In this document: positions 1-14,456 of the stretch, in pieces | How the letters are laid out: every line of letters starts with the position of its first letter | How positions within the stretch are numbered: position 1 is the first letter of the stretch | NCBI GenBank assembly: GCA_964016885.1 | Contig: CAXHJY010000565.1 | Coordinates: 124,001-188,000, forward strand | DNA length: 64,000 bases | Direction of reading: 5' to 3' | Origin: Eledone cirrhosa | Lineage: Eukaryota | Program-made: the position numbers and the translations under genes | The notes under the pieces: model-generated | Seen by the model: only the letters and a program-made list of their open reading frames with translations | What the model was told of the DNA's origin: nothing | The model's database searches: none

Positions 1-47
<47 letters not shown>

Positions 48-103
48 TTATTATTATTATTAGTAGTAGTAGTAGTAGTAGTAGTAGTTGTTGTTGTTGT
101 TGT

Positions 104-151
<48 letters not shown>

Positions 152-155
152 CAGT

Positions 156-200
<45 letters not shown>

Positions 201-204
201 CAGT

Positions 205-270
<66 letters not shown>

Positions 271-289
271 CAGCAGTAGTAGTAGCAGT

Positions 290-349
<60 letters not shown>

Positions 350-353
350 CAGT

Positions 354-401
<48 letters not shown>

Positions 402-414
402 CAGTAGTAGCAGT

Positions 415-452
<38 letters not shown>
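1..452. repeat. (TAG)n microsatellite
   Basis: Nearly pure agt/tag triplet run. Confidence 0.95.
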
Positions 453-453
<1 letters not shown>

Positions 454-565
454 GTCGCCTGTGAGGCACAAAACCTTGAACTTAAATTGTTTCACTGGTG
501 CACTTTAACTGGAGTTGTAGACGCCATTGTTGTCTAAATGTAATAGTCAATAAACACACTACAGT

Positions 566-577
566 AAACACACTACA

Positions 578-612
<35 letters not shown>

Positions 613-790
613 CACTACTACTACCACCACTACTACTACTACCACCACTACTGCTACCACTATTACGCACCGACTACTAATATTCACAACGATTACAATT
701 ACTACTACAACAACAAATTTACTACTACTACTTCTACTACTACTATTACTACTACTACTACTTCTACTACTACTACTACTACTACAATAA
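566..790. repeat. (CTA)n/(CCA)n microsatellite
   Basis: ctactacta run; reverse complement of the upstream (TAG)n. Confidence 0.9.
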
Positions 791-869
791 CTGTAACAAC
801 AACAGAAATAAACAATAAACTACTATGATGTAAACAAACCATATATGATATGAAAATATTGGAACCGCA

Positions 870-1520
870 TTATATAATACTGTATACCATACTATACTAC
901 ATTACATTACACTATTCTATACTACACTATTCTATACTACACTATACTAAACTATACTATGCTATATTATACTACACTACACGATACTATATTATTCTAT
1001 TCTATACTACACTATACTATGCTATGCTATACTTCACTACACGATACTATACTATTCTATTCTATACTACACTACTAAATACTTTACTATGCTGTGCTAT
1101 ACTATACTATACTATACTACAAGATACTATACTATACTATACTATACTATGCTATACTATACTATTCTATACTACACTACACGATACTACACGATACTAT
1201 ACTATACTATACTATGCCATACTATACTATACCATACTATACTACACTATATACTACACGATATTCTACTATACTATACTATACTATACTATACTATACT
1301 ATACTATACTATACTATACTATATTATACTATGCTGTGCTATAATATACTATGCCATACTATACTATACTATTCCATACTATACTATTTTATACTATACT
1401 ATACCATACTATACTATACTACACTATATTACACTATTCTATACTGCACTATACTATACTACACTACACTATACATCACTTTATTATGCTATACTATACT
1501 ATGCTATAGCATACTATGTA
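870..1520. repeat. Degenerate (ACTAT)n pentanucleotide satellite
   Basis: actatactatactat with variants; produces the spurious YYTIL ORFs. Confidence 0.9.
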
Positions 1521-1574
1521 TGTATCTACCCGTAACTCATGGGGTATCATATGGACGTCCTAGTGACAAACGGC

Positions 1575-1825
1575 ACTCATCTCTTCTCCAGGTCTGAACA
1601 CAGTCGATTCCTCCAGAGAAGGATAGAGAGTGGTAGAGAGGACGCGAGAAAAAGATATAGAGGAAGAATCGACCCCAGTACTTGACTAGCTCTTTTTTTA
1701 TCGACCTTGAAAGGATGAAAAGCAAAGTTGGCTATGGCGGGATTTGAACTCAGAGCGCAGAGAGCCAAAACGAATATTCCAAGCATTCTAGTCGACGTTC
1801 TAATAACTCAGTCAATTTGCTGCCC
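1575..1825 (-). mobile_element. tRNA-derived SINE
   Basis: Minus-strand B-box GAGTTCAAATCCC followed by ctttgcttttcatcct...gtcgataaaa...gtactggggtcgat; same family as 22.1-22.5 kb. Confidence 0.7.
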
Positions 1826-2316
1826 GCCATATTTTTTACTATACTATATTTCACTACGCTATACGACGCAATATGGCACTATGCTACATTATACTACACT
1901 ACACTGTAACATTAAATTTCAATTCAGCAGACGTTGTTTTCCCCATTCATTCTGTGAAGTTACAGAACCGCACTGTGATGATTCACAAAAATCCTATGTA
2001 TTTCTCTAGACATTCTAAGATCTGCAGTAATAGTGTCAACCCTCTGAAACAATCGTAGAAAAATCCTTAATGCTTATGTTGGTAGTGAATTATGTAATGT
2101 ATTAAATTGTTCACTAAACAACCGAAGTATACCGTAAATATATATCTGTAAATATACAGTGCAGTGTTTAATTGAGACAGCGTAAATGTGCATATATATA
2201 TATATATGTTGGTAGTGAATTATATAATGTATTAAATTGTTCATTAAACAGCCGAAGTATACGGTAAATATATATCTGTATACAGTACAGTGTTTAACTC
2301 AGACAGCGTAAATGTG

Positions 2317-2349
<33 letters not shown>

Positions 2350-2621
2350 TGAGTATAAAAATATATAAACATGTCAAATATACGTATTTCTCCGTAAATG
2401 CTTTTAAATGATTGTTTTTAATCGATGTTTTCCCTAAATATGTGGGTCCACATCAGAGAATATGAAAATCAAACATACCAAAAGAAATACGTAATCCGTG
2501 CCCTCTGAAGCACAACTTTATATATATATATATATATAAATGAGATGAGCGGACACAAGCAAGCATTAAATAGTCTTTTAAATAAATTAAAATACGATTT
2601 AAATATTAACCTGTCCAAAAT

Positions 2622-2700
2622 GCTATTACCGACGGTTTCGCTTCACAAAAGATTGGAAATTCAGAGAATTTCCAACGGAAAGATCAGCTCTTCAGACAGC
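2622..2700 (-). ncRNA. Type I hammerhead ribozyme with extended stem II
   Basis: Minus strand: gctgt CTGAAGA gc...(ttggaaattc tct gaatttccaa)...gc GAAAC CGTCG GTA atagc. Confidence 0.75.
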
Positions 2701-2865
2701 TATTTCCATTCTATAGGGCATAAAGCCGCACAGTTTGTAAATATATCGCTACAAAATTTTTTTCTAAGCACAAAATGTAGACACCATCCCGAGGCCGAGG
2801 TATTCCGTACTTCTCTGTACTGTTATATATATAGTAATAATAATAAACTTTAATCTGTTATTTTA

Positions 2866-2943
<78 letters not shown>

Positions 2944-2947
<4 letters not shown>

Positions 2948-4660
2948 TCATCATCATCATCATCACCGTTTTACGTCCGTTCTTCCACGCTAGCATGGGT
3001 TAGACGGGTTGTCCTGTTGTGGGCAGTGTCTGGTCGGCTGACCATGCCTTGCTCATACAGGAACTGATCTGGCTTGATTTCTACAGCTGGATGCCCTTCC
3101 TAACACCAACCTCATTTACAGTGAGTGCTGGGTGCTTTTTCGTGGCGCCTACACGTCCACTTTACAGTGTGGGCTGGGTGCTTTTTTGCCGTGGCACCTC
3201 CACGACCACCTTGCGGTGGGGGGAGTGGGGGCATATTGTTTATATGCTTCAGCATGTACCCATGGGAGGTCGGGTACCCTGTATTACTGCGTGACGCCAG
3301 AAGTCACGGTCGTGTGTCATTGACTTTGAGAGGTGTAGTTGGGTAAGGTCGGCTTTTATCACCTCATCCCAAGTCATCTTGGGTCTCCCCACTCCGCGGT
3401 TTCCATCAACTTCTAGTGCTCTGCACCTTTTTATGCAGCTGTCATACCAGCGTAACCGCCTCTCCTGCACGCAGCATTTGATTCCTCTTATGCTCAGTCT
3501 CTCTCTCAATTCCTTTATGCTTTGTCGTTCACGTATATTACTGTTACACATCCATCGGAGCATGCAGGCTTCGTTTCTCTCTAATCTACGTAAGTCTTCC
3601 ACCTTCAGCGCCCAGGTCTCACTACCATGCAACATCGCTGTTCGGATACACGCATCATACAGTCTGCCTTTCATTCTGAGGGAGAAGCCTTTTGCAGCTA
3701 GCAGTGGTAGTAGTTCCCTAAACTTCTTCCATCCCGTTCTTACCCTAGTTATTGTACTTTCTGAGCACCCACCTCCGTTGCTAATTCGGTCACCTAGGTA
3801 GCAGAAGCTGTCTACTGTTTCTACAGGGCCCTCCCAGAGATTGGTGGTACTTGTTTCCTGTGGCTGTTTGCTTGCTGTTTCAGCACAGCTGCTGCATGTG
3901 AATCCTACATTCTTAATTAAGCTTCCTGAGATCCCGCTACATCTCTTGTGTACCCATTGTTTGCATTTGGGGCAGAGAATGGAGTTCCTACCTACACCTT
4001 TCCTACATACTGAGCAAGGCCATTTCCCTGAGGGGATCTGGGTTCTGTTTTCTCGTCTACTTATAAGGACCTTAGTCTTTGTCATGTTGACTTTGAGGCC
4101 CTTTCTCTCTAGTCCCTGCTTCCAGGTTTGGAATTTATTCTCTAGTTCTACCATAGATTCAGCTATGAGTGCGAGGTCATCAGCATACAGGAGTTCCCAT
4201 GGGCATCCGGTCTTAAACTCCTCCGTTATTGCCTGCAGGACTATGATGAACAGGAGAGGGCTAAGAACAGAGCCCTGGTGGACCCCAACCTGTACGCTAA
4301 ATTCGTCGCTATACTCATTGCTAATCCTAACTTTGCTGACTGCTCCCCTATACATGGCTTGTACCGCTTTCACAAGCCATTCATCTACTCCTAGTTTTCT
4401 AAGAGCCCACCAGATTACTGCACGTGGAACTCTGTCAAAGGCTTTCTCAAGGTCGACAAATGCCAAGTAGAGTGGCTTACTTTTAGCTAGGTACTTTTCC
4501 TGTAATTGCCTCACAAGAAAGAGGGCATCAGTGGTGCCTTTCCCTGGTACAAACCCAAATTGCATCTCGTCTATATTCACCCGGTCCCTAATCAGCTGGG
4601 CTATAACTCTTTCTGTTACTTTCATGACCTGGTCCATCAACTTTATACCTCTATAGTTTC
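2944..4660 (-). mobile_element. 5'-truncated RTE-clade LINE (RT with inserted PHD-type Cys cluster)
   Basis: ORF 3249-4660: QFGFVPGKGTTD, FVDLEKAFDRV, GVHQGSVLSPLLF, LLYADD, CSVC..CPKC..HKRC..CSSC, LHGSETW; (TGA)n tail at 2944-2964. Confidence 0.92.
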
Positions 4661-4957
4661 CATATATATATATATTCGTGTACAGTTTCCATATATATAT
4701 ATATTCGTGTACAGATATTTTTGCACACAATAACAAAATATAAGCAAACGTATTTATTTTACGAGCCTCGATAAGGATAAATATATATCATTTTTGCATA
4801 CACAATAACAAAATATAAACATAAGCATTTCACGATAAAGTATTGATTTTCTTCGCTCGGAAAAAACCCTGTTAATCTACGACGAATTTTCTTTATAAGC
4901 ACTAAATGTAGACACCATCCTGAGGCCGAGGTATTCCGTACTTCTCTCTACTGTTAT

Positions 4958-5660
4958 GTGAACCTTGATCCCGAGAATCTACCGCATCCCAGGATTTTAC
5001 TCAGCATTCCACCACATCTTTTTACGGAATTACCTTTAAGACTCACCCCAGACACACACACAAAAAAAAAAATTTTTCCACACGCCACCTACATGCACAA
5101 CACGCATAAACACCACACACACACACGTGCGTACTACCACATATTTACACATTCAGCCTCCGGAATCCTCTCCCCCCACCCCTCTATCCACACACGCACA
5201 CACACTCCGACCTACACCCCACCCCACACACACCCCTTCCTGAACATGCAACCCCGTTCTTCCCCCAACCCTTGCTTTCACATACACACACACACACACC
5301 ACCTTCAGCCCTCCCCGCTCGGACACCCCGTCTCCCTCTCCCCACTCCACCCGCCACCCCACCCCCTACACGCCCCAAACCCTTCCACCACCTGTTTTAC
5401 TTCATGTTTATTTTTATTTTGATCATGCCTTTATTTTTAATTTCATTTGCACCGTTTCCTCTCACCCCCTTTTTGCTATATGTCTCTCCACCACTCCCCT
5501 ACACACCCTTTGAACTCTCTTCCCACACACTTTTCACCTGAAGAAGAGCTTATGCCCGAAACGTCGTTCCCCACCACCACCCCACTCTCAAGAGCGTGAA
5601 ATTAATAAACCTTTGTTCGTACTGCCTCTCTGTTTTGTTCCTGTTCAATTTTTCACTATA
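4958..5660 (+). mobile_element. PLE-like 3' fragment with degenerate minimal hammerhead
   Basis: C-rich UTR, then CTGAAGA agagcttatgccc GAAAC GTC at 5538-5565, AATAAA, ending in (TA)n; stem I pairing is poor. Confidence 0.55.
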
Positions 5661-5676
5661 TATATATATATACAAT

Positions 5677-5810
5677 TTAGAAAGTGAGGTTTTTTTTACA
5701 AAATGAAAAATAACCGAGGTGTCCTACACGAATGAAAGTATAAAGAAAAAAAGATTTTTTAAAATAAGATTCCAGTTGCATTTTCGATTTCATCTTTTTT
5801 TCTTTTCTAT
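5677..5810. repeat. Short fold-back remnant of the U3:A8-hammerhead PLE family
   Basis: Same terminal sequence as 24735, 27584 and 30884 (ttagaaagtgagg...aaccgaggtgtcctacacg) joined to an inverted piece. Confidence 0.75.
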
Positions 5811-5829
5811 ATATATATATATATAATTA

Positions 5830-6082
5830 TATATTCGCGTACAGATATTTGTGCACACAATAACAAAATATAAACAAACGTATTTATTTCACGAGGCTCG
5901 ATAAGGATAAATATATATCATTTTTGCATACACAATAACAAAATATAAACAAAAGCATTTATTTCGCGATAAAGTGTTGATTTTCTTCGCTCGGAAAAAA
6001 AACCCTGTTAATCTACGACGAATTTTTTTCATAAGCACTAAATGTAGACAGCATCCCGAGGCCGAGATATTCCGTACTTCTT

Positions 6083-6120
<38 letters not shown>

Positions 6121-6266
6121 TATATTCGTGTACAGATATTTTTGCATACACAATAACAAAATATATACAAACTTATTTATTTCACGAGGCTCGATAAGGA
6201 TAAATATATATCAAATATATAAGAACCCTAGAGCAAATCCCGAGCAACGCTGGGACATTCTGCTAG
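5830..6266 (+). mobile_element. Non-autonomous Helitron 3' part
   Basis: Terminal hairpin cccgagcaacgctggg then CTAG|T; related segments at 4675-4955, 2760-2830 and 15950-16098. Confidence 0.7.
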
Positions 6267-6275
6267 TATATATAT

Positions 6276-6530
6276 ATATTATTCAAAATATTAATAAATG
6301 AAAAATATTCTCATAACCAAAATATATATTTTATTATATATATTTCAAAGGTAGAATGCTGTTTCATTTGAAATATGTATAATAAAATATATATTTTGGT
6401 TATGAGAATATTTTTCATTTATTAATATTTTGAATAATATTAAATACTCCAGATAAAAACTGTGGAGTGCTTCTAATCTATTGGAAAATTGTATTCGTTG
6501 AATAATCAACGAACCATATAAACTTTTGGT
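6276..6530. repeat. Fold-back of a truncated PLE-type terminal repeat
   Basis: Arms about 6276-6350 and 6368-6440 are reverse complements; each keeps only the GAAAT-ATRT-ATA 3' half of a hammerhead; flanked by (TA)n. Confidence 0.65.
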
Positions 6531-6582
6531 TTTATATATATATACATACATACATACATACATACATACATACATACATACA

Positions 6583-6645
<63 letters not shown>

Positions 6646-6938
6646 TCTCAGGTCTTGAATAATCACTCCTCCTTCTTCTGCTTATTATTTTTTCAGATAT
6701 TAACTTTGCCTTTCATCCTTACGGGGTCGATAAAATAAAGTACCAGTAATGTACTAGAATAATTGCTGGCCTTGTGCCAAAAGTAGAAACAATTATTTTT
6801 TCAGATATTTGTCCAACCTATCTCGTTTATTAATTTTTGCTAATCTATCTCCGGTGAAATTTTATTGTAAGTGATTTATAGATACAGTAGCTGGAGAATC
6901 TAATAATTGTTTTATTTTACATTTAAAAATATTATATA

Positions 6939-7857
6939 CTAGCAGTGGTACCCGGCGTTGCACGGTATAAGGTATTTTGGAACGCGGGCCGCCAACAGAC
7001 CTAATCGTGGAAAAACTGCATGCCTGGACAATATGTAAAGAAAATAAACCGAATACTCTGATGGCTGGATAATCTTTAACATTTTCGTCGATGAAGCAGG
7101 AAAAATGCAGGTTTTCACCTAATGCGGGCCCTAGAGGATGAAGAAAATGAATTTTTTTATGTGCATAATATGCCTTGAAATTTCGGGAAAATCGGCTAGA
7201 TGTAACGCCTCCAAAAAGACCTAAAAAGCTGAAAAAATGAAGTTTTTCACCTAATGCGGGCCCTAGGCCATAAAAAAGTAGGATTTTCTTTGCTCACGGT
7301 ATGAAGAAGAGACTGACTAATACATAGTTACAATTTCAAGGAAATCGGTCTGATGTAACGCCTCAAAAAACCCATAAAAACCTTAAAAACGCAGTTTTTC
7401 ACCTAATGCGGGACCTAGGAGATTAAAGAGTTGAATTTTTTATGTGTATAACACTCCCTGAAACATAAGTAATACACATGTAAAGTTTGAAAAGAATCGG
7501 TTGGGTACTTCTCGAGTTTTAGGGATACAAACTCACAGACACACACAGACAGACATCCTCAGGGAAGTGTCGTAATGCAGACAGCCAGACATACAGACAG
7601 ATATTATAAGGGCGCGACGTTATATGTATGTATCTATCTAAAAAGAGAAAGACTAAGAATTATAGAGAGAGATCGCTAAATCGCCTAATGCGGTCCCTAG
7701 GGCATTGAAAATTTGACATTTTTTTTTGCTGAGAACACGCACTGAAAGATAAGTATTACATGTGTAAAGTTTGAAAATAGTCGGTTGGGTGGTTCTCGAG
7801 TTTTAGGGATTCAAACTCACGCACACAGAGACAGACATCCTCAGTTATATATATAGA
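6939..7857 (-). mobile_element. Non-autonomous Helitron
   Basis: Minus strand starts TC and ends ccgtgcaacgccggg hairpin + CTAG; A|T target; internal subrepeats cctaatgcgg..cctag. Confidence 0.88.
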
Positions 7858-8084
7858 TTACAAAAAAAAAGAATATTACAAGAAATCCCATATTTACCAA
7901 TCTACCACCTACCACCACCACCTTCCGTTTAGTCCACATATCCCACCCACCCCAACACTCACTTATAAGAGTTTAACTAAATGCCCAACCCCCTCCCCCC
8001 ATTATTTGAGACCCGAGAGTATATATATGTTTGTCTGTCTGTTTCTGTCTATATATTTACCTGTCCGCCTGTCTTTATCTACCT

Positions 8085-8962
8085 CTGTCAAGCGGCCACA
8101 GCAATCAGTGGAGACTCCACTTCGACATTCTATAGAGGATTAGTACGTCACAAAAGCGACGACGTGCTCGGAAAGACTCTGGGCGTCGAAGACGACGAGC
8201 TCACCAGTCTATTTGGTAGGACTTTCCACCCGGGACCTATGTACAACTTCCAGAGGTCCCTGGCCTGGCAGTGCTACCGAGGAGCTCTACCAGTTCGAGA
8301 TAAGATCTACAGGCACGGACGCCTCGGCATGAATCCTTCCAAGAAGACGCGTCCAAGATGCGAGCAGGACATTGAAACCGTCTTGCACGCAATTGTACAC
8401 TGCCCGGGCGTAACTGACGTGTGGAACTACGCAGAACAACTGCTGTCACGTATGGGACAAATCCAGTTGACTGCCGAGTCCATAGTAAGGATCAAACCGC
8501 CAACCTCTTTCAAAAACGAAAGAGAGGCGGTTTTCCTCTGTATGGTGGCTATGGTGAAAGAGATTATATGGTGGACGAGATTGAGAGGACTGAGGACAGA
8601 TGCCTTTCTCTCCGGACAACAATTGATTCCCTTCTTTAATTATCACTTCATAAGAAGAATCAGAGTGGAGAGAGAGACACTGCTCCCAGTAAATTTACTG
8701 AAAGGTGGGTGAATGTAGCAAAAATGGCCCGAGTGATTGGGCCTTCTCTGATTATAAGCCTGTAGGTTGAAGAAGAGAGCAAAAGGAAGAAAAGAGCACT
8801 TGCACAACACGCTCCTGAAGTTGAAGGTTCTTCTATCGACGGGGTATTAAACAACCCATTGTTTGTTTCAATATTTTTACATGACTGTATGTAAAATCCC
8901 CGGCATGTGTCTTTGTATTGTTCCCTTTTCTTGTGCGCCCTTGCGGCAAATAAAGAAATATA
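8085..8962 (+). mobile_element. Tx1-like LINE 3' fragment
   Basis: WQCYRGALPVRD...RC..ETVLHAIVHC zinc-binding domain homologous to 13.9-14.4 kb; tail gcaaataaagaaatatatcta. Confidence 0.88.
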
Positions 8963-9258
8963 TCTATATACCCGTCTGTCTGTGTGTCTGTCCGTTTCGC
9001 TCTATCTATTTACCTGTCTGTCTGTCTTTCTCTAACTATATCTATCTATCTATCTATTTGTCTGCCTGTCTGCCTGTCTGTCTTTGATAGTAGACGTCTT
9101 ACACATCTGTTCTTCGATTTTGAATCATTACTTGGTTATTTGTGAGTGTATTATTTAAATTGTTTTACTATTGTTGACTCTAACCCCTCGTCTGGGACTG
9201 TAGACGTAGGGTAAATATATTTTCGCCCCTTTTGGGCTGAAAAAATATTTAATTCAAA

Positions 9259-11018
9259 ATGTTTATCGATATCGTTGAAAACGAGGAAGCCATTTTGCAA
9301 GCTAACGCCACGCCCACCAAAAAAAGCGAGAAAGAGGCAACAACAATTCAAACTGTTGAACAACCCCTCCTCTCGAATGGAAAAAAGACTGTTAATACGA
9401 GTGAAAACCTAAATTTTGAAAAAAATAACAAGGAAAATAAAAATACCACAAAAGATGAAACAAACAACATTGCAACAACAAGCAACAATGAACGAAGCGA
9501 AAGCAACAAAGACAACAAAGTTTCTTTTGCCCAAACGGTCAGGAAAGCTATTGAATACAAGCCCATAGACATTACAAACGCTAAGCAGAACTTGCTAAAT
9601 GCCAGAAAATACGTATCTTTTGGGGAGGATGGTTCTTTTACGATCAACTCCCCAGAAGAAGTTCGTCAACAGGTATATAGGAATACCATAACCTTCAGGA
9701 CTATATCCAACACAACAAGAAAGCCAGCTCAATTGACAGAAAGTCAAATTGAGCTGGTTCTGAAAGACATAAAAAAGACATACTCTTTATTGAAAGAGGA
9801 AAGCTGTATGCCAGCATTATGGTCCGAATGAGGGACGAAATGCTGGCTCAAAAATGCTCGGTAGCACCTATAGTGTCACCACAATACACCTTCTTCCCCA
9901 CATATAAAGGAAGAAGAACACAAAGACTAAGAATGTGGAGCTCAACGCCAGAAGTAAACATCTGGTCCGTCCTGACAGGATTCACAGACCTAGAAAAGGA
10001 CATCCTAATATCAGCAGGTGAGTCCACCAGTGGACTGTTCGGGGGTAAAAGTCTGGAGGTTCTCTTACAGATGACACCTGAGAGAATCGCCGGAATACCC
10101 GACCAAGTCCTACTGGATGGTCGAACCTTTATTAATATTACGGTGGAAAGCAGGAGGCCCTCATGTTACCACTGCGCTGGCAGAGGTCACCTGGGGACTG
10201 CCTGCCCTCTACTAACAACAAAAAAACCACTGCTACAAACACCACAACAACAAAAACAACAAAATACACTACCATCACCACCACAACGACAACAAAAACC
10301 AACAACACCACCTCCACCACCACCACAACAACAACAACAACATCAACAACAGCTCAAGAAAACAACCCAAAACACGGTCCCACCCAGCCCCTCCCCACAG
10401 AACACAAATACAAAAACACACGCAGTTCATACACAACCTGGAAATATACCCCTCCCCTCCAATACGGGAGAGTAGCTCATATCCTCTGAAGACGAGGGGG
10501 CTCCCTTCCAAAAAGTGAAAAGGAAAAAACGTACACACACCACACAAACAAAAATAACACCACCTGACAACACAACACAGACAACAAAACGCAAGCTCAC
10601 TCAAGAACAACAAGCAAAAACAAACACAACACAAAAACTCTACACATACATAAACAAAAATAATAAAAACTTAACAGAAAAAATAGACAACAACCCTTCG
10701 GTACAAACCGAAGGGCCGAATTTTGCAATGGCAATGGGACACCCTAACCTGAAAATGGTGAAAGTCCCACTTGACATTTTCAAAACATTGAAAAACATTT
10801 ACCCTGAGGACGTGGGGCCACCCTGCACCAGGCCACTCAACCGTGTCCTCCTGAAAGGTTTTCCCCTCCCCTCCTCAAACACCCACACAATTCCAAACAC
10901 CCCAACCCCTCCACACACTAATACCCCCACACCACCACAAACCACCACCCCACCCAACAACCCCTCCACCAGCCCCATGGAAACTGAGCAGCCCGGACCC
11001 CGGGACGCAGAGAGGTAA
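9259..11018 (+). pseudogene. Tx1 ORF1 (gag-like), disrupted
   Basis: SFAQTVR motif, CYHCAGRGHLGTAC knuckle and P/Q/T-rich linker; split across three ORFs. Confidence 0.8.
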
Positions 11019-11041
11019 GTGCCTCTTTCTTTACCACCAAC

Positions 11042-14000
11042 ATGGCTGTGTTAAGAGTAGGTTGTCTAAATGCGCGTGGCCTGGGCTCACGTTGGAAGCA
11101 AGCTAAACTTCTAAATGACCTCAGGTCACAATGTATAAATGTGATGGTTATTTGCGAGGCCCGGATCAGCAGCGTGCGACAGCTGGCCCCCACCTTTGAT
11201 GACTTTGAGATGCACGCATCTCTCTGCCAGCCCGGAGGTGGGGGTGGGGTTGTCGTTCTGCTGCAAAAACATCTGGGTCTCGCTACACAGACAGTACACT
11301 TGGACCCGGAGGGTCGACTCGTGGTTCTGGACCTTGGCAGTAGTGAAGGCAAAGTTTTTAGGCTTGTCGCCGTATACGCCCCTTTTGGGGCAATGCGGTC
11401 GGACTTCTTCCATCGTCTGGAGACTTTTCTAGGGACGTCCCGCTCCTTGCTTTTAGTGGGGAACTGGAATGGTATCCTAGATGCACGTTGGGACTATGTA
11501 GGGGCATGTCCCGATAGAGGGGGGTGTAACAGCCTCAAAGGGTTAATCGGCCGATTTGACCTGGCCGATAAATATCGACTAGATTTTCCGACTGTGCCAC
11601 CTGGACTTGGTCAAATAACAGTGGTCAATCTAGATCGTACCTAGATAGGTTCTTAGTTAGAATTAAAGATAGGGACTTTTTAAGTTGTCCAGAAATGCTC
11701 ATGGTGGGCTATTCAGACCACAAGTTAGTGACCTGCGTAGTCCACCTTGATAGAACGCATAGGCAGGGACCCGGTTACTGGAAGCTCAACTTGTCCTTAC
11801 CGGCAAGTAGAGCTTACAGGGACAGGATTAGAACCTTAGTTAAGGAGCGGTTGACGGGCGCCATCGTCAACAGCAGGTGGTGGGGCTCTCTAAAAAGAGA
11901 GATTAGAGTAGTTTCAATAGGAGTTAGTAAGGAGTTAGCCTCAGATAGAAATAGGAAGGAAAGGGAGTTGGTAGTTAATGTTGAAGAAGCAATGAGAAGC
12001 GGCAACGTGGCCAGAGTGCAAGCGTCGAGAACGGCCTTGAGCCAATTCTTCGACGCGAAACGCGAAAGCTGCGTTGTCCGAAGCAAAATACGTGCTCTGG
12101 GAAATGAGGGGACCAAAGCTGTTAGCTGGGCCCGTGTGACAGAAGCGAAAAGTGGGATTAGATCCACTATCCGGTCTTTGCGAGACCAGGATGGACGGGT
12201 GATCCTTGAACCTAAGCAAATGTGCGAGGCCTTTCAAAGGCACTTTGCCCGATTGTTCGGGAGGGGCGGGGGGCCGGTTGGAGATGTGGATTTCGGTCCA
12301 TACCTCGACGGCCTGCCGCGTCTTTCGGACAAGGAGGCGAGGTCCTGAGCGGGCCGATCTCAGCTGCTGAAATAGGGGACGTGCTGAGCCTATGCGGCAA
12401 ACGCAAATCTCCAGGTCTCGATGGTCTGCCCTACGAACTATATATTAATATGCCGGACTTGTTCCCCGATCTCCTCGAGGCGGTCTACTGCAACTGGCAA
12501 CAGAACGGGAGAATTCCCTGTTCTGTGGCCAAGGGCGTAGTCTCGCTAGTGAGGAAAGACGAGAACAAGGGAGATGACATTAGTAATTTTAGGCCCATAA
12601 CTCTGCTAAATGCAGAGTTAAAGATTTTGGCCAAGGTGTTAGCAAAGAGGTTGGCGCTTGTCGTGGGGGGCCTGGTGGGAGATGCGCAGACATGCGCTAT
12701 CCCGTCCAGGTCCATCCACGACAACCTCCACCTCATGCGATACATCATAGAGAGGGTTGGGAACGAACCCGGCTTTGGTGGGGCCCTGATAAATTTAGAT
12801 CAGTCTAAAGCGTTCGATAGGGTGGACCATGGTTACCTGGATGCGGTGCTAGCGGCGGCTGGGTTCGAACACGTTTTCAGGGGCTGGATCACTGCCATGC
12901 ACAGCAGCCGCATCTGCTCTAGAGTCAAGGTGAACGGCTACCTCTCGGAGCCGTTCGAAATCACCCGCTCCATCCGACAGGGCTGCCCTCTCTCCTCCCT
13001 TCTGTATGTATTGGCTCTCGAGCCACTACTGAAGAAGTTGGAGTTGTTGCAGGGCATCCCTTTGGAACCGGGATTGCGCAAAGCGGTGTAGGCCTACGCC
13101 GATGACGTAACAGTAATGGTGTCGACCACCGCGGAAATCGAGGCAATCGGCACCTTACTGGAGGAGTACGAAAGGTTGACAGGGGTCAAGCTGAACCGGG
13201 ACAAGCCAGTCGCTTTGCAACTCGGCGAGTGGAGGGGCAAAACTATGTCGTCCGACGGTATCGTCGGTCGGTGGACGGAGGGCCCGGTAAAGTTGCTTGG
13301 GGTCTGGTGGAGAAAAACTGGGGTGAGGTGACGAATAGGGTTTTTGCACTGACACAGAAGTGGGCCGAGTGCAAACTATCCCTGAAAGGTCGGGCGGAGG
13401 TGGCGAACGCTTACATAGCGTCCGTCATCTATTACCGCTTGACTGTCGTGCCTTGCTCGGGTGAGATCCTCGCCAAAATGGAGCGCGCTCTCTTTTATTT
13501 CCTTTGGAAGAAGAGGTCTCCTCTGGTGAGGAGATCCATCTGCTGTCAACACCCTTTGAAAGGAGGGCTGGGGATGCCGTGGCTAAAAATGCGTAAACAC
13601 GCATTGAGGCTAAGTCACCTCCAGGTATTCCTCACCGGTCAACCGGTGTGGGCCCCGTTTGTGAGGCGAGCCTTCCCGAGGCTCGTCTCGCTCACCGAGC
13701 TGCAGTCCTGGGTGAAGCAAAGACCGAGAAAACTGGGCGACTGGCACACCGAGTGTGCCCAGGCGCTCACGGCTCTCTGGCAGGCGGACCCGGCTATCGG
13801 TGGAGACTCCACCTCGTCATTCTATAGAGGGCTGGTGGTTAGCAGGTGCGACGACGCTCTCGGAGAAACCCTAGGCATGGAGGAGGACGAACTGGCCAGC
13901 CTATTCAGTAGGACTTCGGCCCGGGACCTATGGACAACTTCCAGACGTCCTTGGCCTGGCAGTGCTACCGAGGGGCTCTTCCCGTTCGGGATAAGTTCTA

Positions 14001-14456
14001 CAGACACGGGCGCCCGGGTAGGGACCCCTCGAAAAAGATCTGTCCCAGATGCGTGCCCGACGAGGAAACCGTCGCGCACGCATTGGTGCACTGCCCGGGC
14101 GTTACCGATCTGTGGGGCTATTTCGAACAACTGCTGTCACGGGTGGGACCAATTAGGTTGACCACCGAGTCCATTGTAACGATCAAGCCGCCTCCCCCTT
14201 CAAAAATGAAGGAGATGCGGTCTTCCTCTGTGTAATAGCCATGGTAAAAGAGGTTGTGTGGTGGACGCGTCTAAAAGGGCTGAGATCGGACACCTTTCTT
14301 TCCGGCCAACAACTGGTCCTTTTCTTCCGATACCTTTTCGGAAGAAGGATCAGGATGGGGAGAGAGGTGCTCCACTCCAGCCAGTTTTATGAAAGGTGGG
14401 TGAAAGTTGCGAGAATGGCCCGTGTGAATGGGCCTTCTCTCTACCTCAGCCTGTAG
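11042..14456 (+). pseudogene. Tx1 ORF2 (APE endonuclease + reverse transcriptase), disrupted
   Basis: GCLNARGL, VYAP, SDH, YWKLN, KSPGLDGLP, FRPITLLN, LDQSKAFDRV, RQGCPLS, AYADD, CPRC..ETVAHALVHC; several frameshifts and stops. Confidence 0.92.

Noticed and set aside
1-790. (TAG)n facing (CTA)n as a hairpin element
   Set aside because: Simple repeats in opposite orientation; no element ends or ribozyme in the 115-bp spacer
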